Source: Verrucomicrobiota bacterium (GTDB taxonomy: Bacteria; Verrucomicrobiota; Kiritimatiellia; CAIVKH01). From it: 64,000 bases of DNA. The notes beneath the pieces were generated by a model that was not told the origin of the DNA, ran no database searches, and worked only from the letters and a program-made list of their open reading frames with translations. How positions within the stretch are numbered: position 1 is the stretch's first letter; each line of letters starts with the position of its first letter. Below, piece by piece: positions 44,284-53,900 of the stretch. The stretch covers positions 3,386 to 67,385 of the forward strand of contig JACKPT010000015.1 of assembly GCA_024233345.1 (NCBI GenBank), read 5' to 3'. The translations under genes were made by a program, and so were the position numbers.

Positions 44284-46707
44284 ATGACCCAAACACTGCT
44301 CCATCATGATGGTATTTCCTGCCGGTTCATCCTGATCCTCGCCGGATGGCTGGTCGCCATGCCCGCCCTCGCGACAATCCCGATTGTGGAGGATATCGAT
44401 GCGGATGATGATGTGTTGTCCGTCGACTGGGCGCCGGACGATACCCATGTGGGGGTGGGGACTGGTACAATCCTCGCCAAGGAACTCAAGGTCTACTCCT
44501 TTTCCGCGATCACAGAAGTGCTGACCCTTCGCTACCAAACCAACTATTCCGCGACGCCCCAGCCAGTGAATGCGGTCCGATGGCATCCTTCCCAGCATTA
44601 CCTCGCGGTGGGGAGTCAGGACAACTCCGCACATGAACTGACTGTCTATAATTTCAATGAAATCACCCACAAACCGACCGCAACCAACAGTGTTGATTTC
44701 GGTACCTTTGACAGTGTCAAGGCACTGGCCTGGAATCCGAATGGCAATACCCTTGCGGTGGGGACGGACATCTCAGATAAGGAAATCATTCTGTATTCCT
44801 ATGGCCCCGGCTCTCTATCCACATCGAGGGTGTTCAATGTGGATTCCAGTAACACACGACAGATCATGACCAATGCCATGGCCTGGCATCCGGGGGGTAC
44901 CAACCTTGCTGTCGGGTTCGCCTATAACTCGAGCTCACTGGCGGAAGAACTCAGAGTGTATTCATGGAATGGATCAATCTTGACGGAAAAGTTCGCCGCC
45001 AACATGACATCGCTGCATGACGTTTCGGCGGTTGGTTGGTCGGCGAATGGACGGGTGCTTGCAGTGGGGCTTCATCGGGCAACTGCGTCTGCTGCGCAAA
45101 AGCTCCTGTTGTACCGAGAAAGCGGGGGGGATTGGGATGTGGACATCGCTTATGTACCTCCAACCCTTAATAACATCGTTGGCCTTGAATGGTCGCCGGA
45201 GGGAAATCTTCTTGCTGTGGCCTATGATCGGTCTGCGCTCGGTGCTGATGTTGGACTTTATCGATATCGCGAAGATACCGATTCCCTTGAGTATTTGGAT
45301 GGAGCTCTAGCGTCTCTTAGTTCAACGGATGACGCCAACGACATCCGCTGGTCGGAGGATGGGCGGTATCTTGCGGTGGGGCATGAGAATGACAAGGTGT
45401 ACATTCTGGAGGTGAAGCAGGCGGACTTGCGGTTAACCAAGACGGTGTCGTCTTACCTGGTCTGCCCGGAGAGCAATCTGGTGTATTCCCTGAATGTGTT
45501 CAATGCCGGTCCGGATCCTGCGGTTTCGGTGGTGATTACCGATACACTTCCATCCCAGGTGACGTATGAAGGCAGTTCTTGGCCGACCGCACAGGTCTCG
45601 CAGGTGGGGCAGACGCTGACGTTTGATTTTGGTACGAACACCCTGCCCAGTTCATTTGGTGCGCTGATTTCGGTCACGGTCAGTGTGAATACCGCCGCTT
45701 CGGGGATCTTTACCAACTTCGCCGCCGTCTATAGCGAAACCACCGATCCGGAGTTCACCAACAATCTCGGGTTTGCCACCAATGCGGTGGATTTCGATTG
45801 CGACGGGATTGCCAATGAGCTGGACAACTGTCCGACCAATTTCAATCCCGATCAGGCCAACTCGGATGCCGACGGGTTTGGGGATGTCTGCGACAACTGC
45901 ATCAGCAATAGCAATCCCGACCAGCTTGATGTGGATTTCGATGGGCTGGGGAACGATTGTGATAACTGTCCAACCAATCCCAACCCAGGGCAGGTAAATT
46001 TCGATGGCGATCCGTTTGGCGATGATTGTGACGATTGCCCATTTGTCTACAATGAGACCAACGGCCTGCCAGATGTGGACGCAGATGGATTTGCCGACCT
46101 GTGTGATAACTGTCCGACCAACAGCAATGCTGGGCAAGAGGACGGGGATAGTGATGGGGTGGGGAATGTCTGTGATAACTGCCCCAGCGACGCCAACCCG
46201 GACCAGGCCAATCCGGACGGGGACAACCGGGGGAGTGCCTGCGATAACTGCCCGGACGTCGCCAATGATCAATCCGACAATGATGGCGATTTGATCGGCA
46301 ACGCCTGCGACCCGGATATCGACGGAGATGACCTGCCGAATGACTGGGAAAGTCTGTATGGCTTTAACCCAAACTTTTTTGAGGCCCCGGAAACCACCAA
46401 TGATCCGGATAACGACGGGTATTCGAACCTCGAGGAATACATTGGGAACACCAACCCCACCAACCCAGCCTCGTTCTTTGCTGTGCAAATGATCGGGAAC
46501 ACCACCGGGTTGTGGCTACAGGTACCCTCGGAAACCGGACGCCTGTTCGATGTCTGGACCTCCACCAACCGCCAGATGACCGACTGGACCCTGTATGCTA
46601 CCAATCTGCCCTCCACCTCCGGCACCACCCAGCTCCCGGAACCCGATCCCCAGCCGGGAGAAAAGAATTACCGGGTCAAGGTCCGACTGGAGCATCCCCT
46701 GCCGTAG
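44284..46707 (+). CDS. Secreted protein: 7-blade WD40-like propeller + DUF11 repeat domain + Cys-containing thrombospondin type-3 repeats + shared C-terminal module
   Basis: Blades are marked by W-x-P/A-x-G-x-x-LAVG (RWHPSQHYLAVG, AWNPNGNTLAVG, AWHPGGTNLAVG, GWSANGRVLAVG, EWSPEGNLLAVA, RWSEDGRYLAVG). The DUF11-like segment is LRLTKTV...VVITDTLPSQVTYEG. TSP3 repeats read DNCPTNFNPDQANSDADGFGDVCDNC, about 7 times. Confidence 0.75.
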   Translation: MTQTLLHHDGISCRFILILAGWLVAMPALATIPIVEDIDADDDVLSVDWAPDDTHVGVGTGTILAKELKVYSFSAITEVLTLRYQTNYSATPQPVNAVRWHPSQHYLAVGSQDNSAHELTVYNFNEITHKPTATNSVDFGTFDSVKALAWNPNGNTLAVGTDISDKEIILYSYGPGSLSTSRVFNVDSSNTRQIMTNAMAWHPGGTNLAVGFAYNSSSLAEELRVYSWNGSILTEKFAANMTSLHDVSAVGWSANGRVLAVGLHRATASAAQKLLLYRESGGDWDVDIAYVPPTLNNIVGLEWSPEGNLLAVAYDRSALGADVGLYRYREDTDSLEYLDGALASLSSTDDANDIRWSEDGRYLAVGHENDKVYILEVKQADLRLTKTVSSYLVCPESNLVYSLNVFNAGPDPAVSVVITDTLPSQVTYEGSSWPTAQVSQVGQTLTFDFGTNTLPSSFGALISVTVSVNTAASGIFTNFAAVYSETTDPEFTNNLGFATNAVDFDCDGIANELDNCPTNFNPDQANSDADGFGDVCDNCISNSNPDQLDVDFDGLGNDCDNCPTNPNPGQVNFDGDPFGDDCDDCPFVYNETNGLPDVDADGFADLCDNCPTNSNAGQEDGDSDGVGNVCDNCPSDANPDQANPDGDNRGSACDNCPDVANDQSDNDGDLIGNACDPDIDGDDLPNDWESLYGFNPNFFEAPETTNDPDNDGYSNLEEYIGNTNPTNPASFFAVQMIGNTTGLWLQVPSETGRLFDVWTSTNRQMTDWTLYATNLPSTSGTTQLPEPDPQPGEKNYRVKVRLEHPLP
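46462..46704 (+). other. Shared C-terminal ~80-aa module, copy in the 807-aa protein
   Basis: Sequence: FFAVQMIGNTTGLWLQVPSETGRLFDVWTSTNRQMTDWTLYATNL...GEKNYRVKVRLEHPLP. Confidence 0.5.
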
Positions 46708-46900
46708 GGATTTTGGATTGAAGATTGAAGATTGAGGATTTGAGATTTGGGGATTTGTGATTGTTCGGGGAAGTTCACCAGCGAAGTTTCACCACAGAGG
46801 ACACAGAGAGGGCAGAAGATTGAGGATTTGAGATTGAAGATTGGGGAATTGAGATTGTTGATTGGATAGGCCCTGGCCGGGCAGGGACACCTGAAACCCC
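46708..46900. repeat. Mosaic repeat block (modules A, B, A, E/F)
   Basis: Contains gattgaagattgaagattgaggatttgagatttgggg..., ttcaccacagaggacacagagaggg and ...ccctggccgggcagggacacctgaaacc. Confidence 0.8.
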
Positions 46901-46985
46901 TTTCCCCCGACACCTTCCTCGCCTCCGTTTCTTCATCGAAACTCACCGCTTGAACAAAGTTTCAATTTATGTGTCCATTTCCCAT

Positions 46986-47633
46986 ATGAATTCATTGTAC
47001 GCCTTCCGTTTGTTTGCCTTGTCGCTCGCGCTTGTTCTGTCTTTTTCGGCGTTCTGCCCGGCGGCGGAGATTCTGGTGGGCGGTTCGCCATCGGCGGAGT
47101 CGGCTCGGGTGGAATTGGAGCGAGTCAAACACCGGGCGATGTTTGACAATGCCGACATCATTCCCCTGCGGATCGAAGCGAGCAGGCTGGAGGGGGAGAT
47201 GATTGAGGCCCGACGGGTTTGGTTGGATTACTGTCGGACCCATTTCCCGAAGATTCGCGAGCTCGAATTGAAGCAAAAGGGGCTTTTTGAGCAGAAAAAG
47301 GAGCTTCAGGCTGTCATGGCCGCCATTCAGAACGAGGTGGAACAGGCCGCCCGGGACAGCGATCAGGGACGGGTGGCTTCACTCACCGGGGAAACCCGGG
47401 AAAAGGTCAAACAATTGGCCTTGCTCGACCAGGAGTTGGATGCCCTAGGCCCGCAACTCGACGCCCAGCGGGAAGAGGCGGCGGAGTCCAGTCCCGAAGC
47501 TGAAGCCCTGGCCGCCACCGCCGCAGAGCTGGAGGAGGCGTTCGGGGAGGCTCATCGGACTCTGAACGAGGCGGTCAATGCCCTCCCTGAGGTCATCGCG
47601 GCCGAGCAGGCCCGGCGGGCTGCCGTCCGATAA
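46986..47633 (+). CDS. Secreted coiled-coil protein, function unknown
   Basis: The signal peptide is MNSLYAFRLFALSLALVLSFSAFCPAAE, followed by about 190 aa of E/A/R/Q-rich coiled coil. The track ORF starts at TTG 46950. Confidence 0.55.
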   Translation: MNSLYAFRLFALSLALVLSFSAFCPAAEILVGGSPSAESARVELERVKHRAMFDNADIIPLRIEASRLEGEMIEARRVWLDYCRTHFPKIRELELKQKGLFEQKKELQAVMAAIQNEVEQAARDSDQGRVASLTGETREKVKQLALLDQELDALGPQLDAQREEAAESSPEAEALAATAAELEEAFGEAHRTLNEAVNALPEVIAAEQARRAAVR

Positions 47634-47915
47634 AGCGTGAGCAACGTGGCACGGGAAGCCTGCCCGTGTCCCCTTCATTAACCGGGGGAGAAACCCTTTC
47701 TGGGTTCAAACCGCCTTTTCGCTTTCCTGATCATCATCCTGCGCGAAATCCTCACCATTGTTCCGGTAAGGAAAAAACCGATTTCGCGAGCCCATTACCT
47801 TGACGGAGTTTTATTGGATCGATTAGGCTATACGGCACATGGTTAACCGCTTATATTGTCAACCTGTGATTTGCAAACCCGTACACCGTAGTCCTGATCC
47901 TTTAAGGGGGCTCCT

Positions 47916-50900
47916 ATGTTCTCAATGATTGCGCGAACCCGCTCTGTCCTGTCTTTTTCCCTGGTGCTGGTCGCCAGTCTGGCCTTGGCCATCCCCAGCT
48001 CCGAATCGCAATTCGAGGAACCTGGCAAAATTGTCATCCATGAAAATCAGGGTCAGTTTGATGTACGGATTGAACAGGCGCGGCTCGGGGATGTGGCGAA
48101 CGTGCTGGAACAGCAGTTGGGATTGCGGTTGTCGATTCCCGAAGAGTTGGCAGACCAAAAGGTTACTCTCCGCGGCCATGGCCTTTCGACCGAGGATATT
48201 CTCGCCAATCTCGGCGACAGTATGGCGATGGTGTTCGAGCAGGAGGGCGAGGGTCTGCGTCTGGTCTCGGCCCAACTGACCAGCCAGCAGGATGAGGTTG
48301 CCGGGGACGCCTATGAGGATGATCCCACCGCCGAAGTGATGCGACTCCAGGGACACCGGCTGACCAATGTACGCAAGGACCGGCCCATCGGTGCAGCGGC
48401 CCGGAACCCCCGGGCGCTCGCGCTGAAGAATGCCCTGATTGACACCGAACGGGCGGCCCGGAGCGGGATCTCGGTGCAGGTTCCGGAGGCACTGACGGCA
48501 AGCGAGGATTCCGAATGGAAGATTGTCCAGTTTGACCAGCCGGTGAGCCAGGCGGACCTGGATGCTCTGGCGGCGGCGGGATTTGTTCGCGGACATTATG
48601 TCCCCAACAATGCCTTTGCGGTCCGGGTCGCTCCGGGACAGGAGGATGATTTGGCCGCCCTGCCGAATGTGTATCACATTGAGCCCTATCACCCTTACTA
48701 CAAGCTCAGTGAGCCGGTATTGGCCCACTTGCTGGGCGATGCGAATCCGGAGCAGGAAGCCCTTGTCGATGAGGGCAGATTTAATGTGGTCACCTTTCAT
48801 GGGGAAACCGATCTCAAATCGTTGGGGCGCGGGGTGACCGTGGTTAAGGAAACCGTACTCGATGACCGGAAGGTGGTGGAGATCACCGCGCCGAAGGAGC
48901 AGTTGCTCGCGCTGGCCCGGAACGACGCGGTGCAGTGGCTGGAAACCACTGCGGTTCTAAAGCCGATGAATGACACCGGAAAGAAAAAGATTCGCGGTGT
49001 CGCGTTACAGGAGCGGTTGCCACAGTTTACCGGCAAGGGAGTGGTGATCGGGGTCACCGACAGCGGGATCGATGTCAACCATCAGGGCTTTGCCCTCCAG
49101 CCCGGCCTGCCGACCGGGTTGGGTCAAAACACCCGGGTCAGCTACTACATCAATGAAGCCAGTGTCACCACTGACGGGGTGATCGGGGACAACAACGGCC
49201 ATGGAACTCATGTCGCGGGAAGTATTCTGGGCAATGGTGCCTTATCCAGTACCGCCAATAGCGTCCCCGGATCGGATGGACCTCCCTATGCGGAAGGGCA
49301 ATTTGCCGGTATGGCACCTGACGCCCGGGCGGTGATCATCGAGGACTTCAATGCCTTCTCCTATTCGGAACAGGTTGCCATTGCCTACACCAACAAGGCC
49401 CGGCTTTCCAACAACAGTTGGGGGGCCAGTGTCTATGAATATACCTCGGACTCGCTGTCGTGGGATTTGCTGGTTCGGGACGCTCTGCCGGATGTCTCGG
49501 GCCGCCAGGAATTCATTGCCTTTTTTGCCGCGGGCAATGACGGGCAGGGTGGCGATGATGGCCTCAATGGCAGCCCGGAAACCGTGGGCACCCCCGGCAA
49601 TGCAAAAAATGTGATCACGGTGGGGGCGATGGAGCAACGCCGGTACGCGAACAACCTCAGTGGCATTTATGATTTGACCGACACCGATTGGCAAATTGCC
49701 TCCTTCAGCTCGCGGGGTCCGGTCGAACTGTATAACGAAGCGGGAAGCGACACCCGGATCAAGCCGGATATCGTCGCCCCCGGCGTTTATGTCCTGTCGA
49801 CCCAGTCCAAGGACACCAACCCCGACCAGTTGATCAATCCGATCAGTCTTTCCGATGATTACAAGTCCGGTAATGTCGATACCGGCACCAACTATGCCTT
49901 TTACAGCGGCACTTCGATGGCCACCCCGCTGACCACGGGAGCCGGGGCCTTGTTCTATGAGTACTACACCAACAAGTTTGGCACAGTACCCAGCCCGGCC
50001 ATGATGAAGGCGGCATTGATTGCGGGGGCCCGCATGGTCAACACCCTGGTTTATCAATATCCCCAGGCCACCCCGTTTGTGGAAGTGGTGGATCAGGGAT
50101 GGGGCCGGGTGGATGTCCTGCGGTCCGCCCAAGGGTCATTGATTCAGCCTTCCGACGATCTCATCATGATCGACCAATCTTCACCGATTCAGACCGAGCA
50201 GTTTTTCTCCCAGCAGATCACGGTGAACCCGGGGGATGGCGGTCTCAAGGTCGTACTGACCTGGACCGATCCGCCGGGCAACCCTGCGAATAGCATCCAA
50301 TTGGTCAATGACCTAGATCTGCTCGTGCTCGCCCCGGGCGGCGGCGGGTATATCGGAAACCGTTTTGATCTTGATGGCGTTTCCTCCCGCTTGTTCCCGG
50401 TGGCTGACCCGGTTCTGGGGGATGAACACAACAATGTCGAAGTGGTTCTCATTCCGGATCCGATTCCCGGGACCTACACCATCCGCGCCTATGGATACAG
50501 TGTGCCGGAAGGGCCGCAGGATTTTGCCATGGTGATCATGAAGGGGGTCGGAACCGAGCGGCGCTCCGAAGGCGATTCCCCAGCGATTACTGTGGATGAA
50601 ACCGGACAACCCTATGTGGCCTATTCCGGATTTGATGTGGGGGGCAACCGCAATATTTTCGTCAAGCAGTGGCGGGGGGATATGGGTGACCTCTCCGATT
50701 TTGGCGAGTGGAAGCGGTTGGATGACAATTGGTTTGGCCTCAAAAGCTCGGCCAGTGGCACCGGGGTGAGCCTGACTTTGGAGGACTCCCGCAAGCCGAC
50801 CATCGCCGTGCGGGATGGCAAGATTTATGTGGCCTGGCTGCAGGCGGGGTCGCACACCAATATTTACATGCGGATGTATGACGGTTCCAACTGGCAAGAG

Positions 50901-53900
50901 CTGGGCGGTTCGGCCAGCGGCGACGGGGTCAGCCAGCAGACCACCTATGCCCCGACCGATCCCAAGATTGCCGTCGGTGCGGATGGGCTGCCGGTCATAG
51001 CCTGGCGTCAACAATCCCTGACCAATATCAAGATTGTCGCGAAGAAGTGGAATGGGTCCTCCTGGGTGGGGCTGGGCGGTTCGGACGTTGGTATAGGCGA
51101 CAGCAACCAGTCGGTGGCGCCAACCTTGACCATCAACAGCTTTGGCAACCCGGTGGTGGCCTGGAGTGAATTGCTGACCCAGTTGATCCATGTCTGGCAG
51201 TGGAATGGGGCGGCCTGGGTCAATCTCGGCCAGCAGGGAAATCTACCCTTCACGGAAATGCCACATATTGATGCCGGTCCCAATGGCGACCTGTACCTGA
51301 CCTGGATCCAGACCACTGCGGTCCAGAACCCCAACCAGATTTTTGCCTCTCGTCGTACCGGAGGATCCTGGCAGGCGATGGGCAACTCCCTGACGTACCC
51401 GGGAATCAGTGCCTCGACCAGCACGGTGACCCGGCCTTTCAATCCGAACATTTCCTATAGCGCCCAGCCCTTTCCCCGGGTGTTTGTCTCGTACCTCTCG
51501 GGTACCGGAACCAACGCCATGGTGAATGTGAAGCAGTACGATTTTGCGACCTGGAGCGGGGTCGCAGGCGCGGGAACCAAGCCAGGTGTCGATGAATTCA
51601 ATGGCGGCGCCACCAATCTGGTCATGGATTCCACAGCGTTGGGAGTGCCGGTGGTCGCTTTCGATACGGATGGCGGCATCGGTATCCAGGAAACGGTCAC
51701 CTATGGTCTGGTCGCGGATATCATTGCGCCCACTTTTGAGGGTCTGACCAAAGCGGTGGGCGGAACGAATAACGAAGTGGTCCTGACCTGGCGGGCGGCT
51801 GGAGATAATCTGTCGACCGGTATTACCTACCGGATCTATATGGGAACCAACAAGTATGCCTGCTACGATGTGCCGATGTGCAATCCGGCGGATGTCTTCG
51901 CCAATCAGATCGCCACGGTGGCCAATCTCACCAACTTTACCGTCAATGGACTGGCCAACTACGAGAACCGTTGTTTCGGGGTGCGTTCGGTGGACGCTTC
52001 CGGCAATGCCGATACCAATACAGTGATCCTGTATGCCGGACCGGAGGCGAGCGGGGTGGACTGCTTCGATCTGGATACCGACAATGACGGTCTGCCGGAC
52101 TGGTGGGAGAACTCCTTCGGGCAGGGCAATCCTGCGGCCGATCCGGATGGGGATGGCCTTACCAACAGCAATGAATTCCAGTATGCGACCGATCCGCTGC
52201 GCAGTGACAGTGACAGTGATGGCATCAGCGATGCGGATGAAATCAACCTCATCGGCACCCTGCCGTCGGTGGCCGATTCCGATGGCGATGGTCTCGACGA
52301 TAATCATGAGTTCACCCTCGGCAGTGATCCGGTCGATGCCGATAGTAATGACAACGGGGTCAGCGACGGCGACCTGGTGCGGATGGGGTATCCGGATCCC
52401 ACCCTGGCTATCGAGGTATACAGCCGGTTGTATGTCGAGACATTCGAGGCCAATTCCCCGAGCCGGACCAACTGGAGCAAGGTGGTGCCCAACCAGCAAT
52501 ATCCGCTGAACTTCTGGCATTTGTCGGATGCCGAACCGTCGCCGAATACCACGGGCATCCAGCGGTTCAATGATCACTCCACCAATACGTCGTACCGGAT
52601 GGCGGTGGACATCACCCGCACCAATCCTGCCGCATCCTATCAGGTCGGCACCAACCTGTGGATCGCCGGGTTGGCCAGCCCGATGATCGATGCCAGCACC
52701 AACGACAATCTCTACGTCTGGTGGAAGGAATATTACGATCTCGAACCGAACAAGGACTTTGGGGAAGTCCAGGCCCGGGCTTCGGGGGATACGAATTGGA
52801 TCGTGGTCAGTGTCCCGGTGACCGGTAACAGCGGCGCCTGGGTCAACAACCGTGCTGACTTGTCGATGTTTGCCGGCCAGTCCAATGTCCAGATCCGCTT
52901 TGTGTTCACCGCCAACGGCGTGAATAACCAGCATCACGGCTGGTATGTCGATGATGTCCAATTCATCTCCGGAGCGAATAATCTCGTCGGTTGGGTCCGG
53001 GACATCTGGGGGCGTCCGGTGCTGGGGGCCAAGGTGGAGATCATCGGGATTGGCATTGTGACCAATGTAGCGGGTGGTCATGGCGTCGCTGCGGCCGGCA
53101 AGATTTTTGGCGAAGCCTTTACCGCCGCCGACGGCAGCTATCAGGTTCAGGGATTGCCGCGTGGGCAATTCTATGCGAAAGCCAGTCACGCAACCTACCA
53201 GGCAGAATTCTGGAATGGGGAACTGTTCAACCCGACCTACGATTTTGGCAATGAAGCCAATCCCGGGGTGTTCCGGATTGATGATGTGGGTCCGGGGGGG
53301 ATTGTCGACCTCACCGCCGGAGTGGGCCCGGAGGTGGACTTTGAGCTGGAGTTTGGAACCAGCCCCAGTTTCATCACCGCAGTGGCCACGCCAGCGCTGC
53401 CGGTATATCTCAACTTCAACCGGTCCCTGCAGTCCTGGAACGGAAGTACCAGTTCCCCGGCTCTGGTGGCTTTGCAGACCATCCCCGGGCCCCCGGTGGA
53501 TAACCAGGCGGATTGGGATACGAACCCGGTCGCCCCGAATTTCTATTCCAGCGCGTCTGCGGGTGAAACCTTCATGGGCCTTGGGGGAACTCTCTGGAAT
53601 ACCCCGCCAGTCCGGACGGATATCCGACAGGGAGAACTTGTCCATGCCTACATGGGAACCAATGGCGGACGCGGCGTTGTCTTTGTCGCGTCCCTGGATG
53701 GCATCTCCCGATCGATCTATATCAACGGTTCCGATACCGGTGCCGACACCCCGGCCCAGATTGCGGTGCAGGCTGGCGAGCATCTCATTCAGATTGCCGG
53801 TCCCGGTGAGGCGGACAATATCGTCAAGATTGTGCAGGTCCCGCTGGGCGTTCGTACCAACATTGCCTTCACGGCCGCAGATCTTTATGGCGATGCGGGC

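Noticed and set aside
44191-44670. 159-aa minus-strand ORF overlapping the start of the 807-aa gene.
   Set aside because: It is antisense to the well-supported signal peptide and first propeller blades of the 807-aa protein, and it has no motifs.
47790-47830. Sigma70-type promoter for the giant gene (ttgacg...taggct / tatacg).
   Set aside because: The spacing between the TTGACG and either -10-like hexamer is 18 or 23 nt, and the -10 matches are poor. That is not enough to call a promoter.
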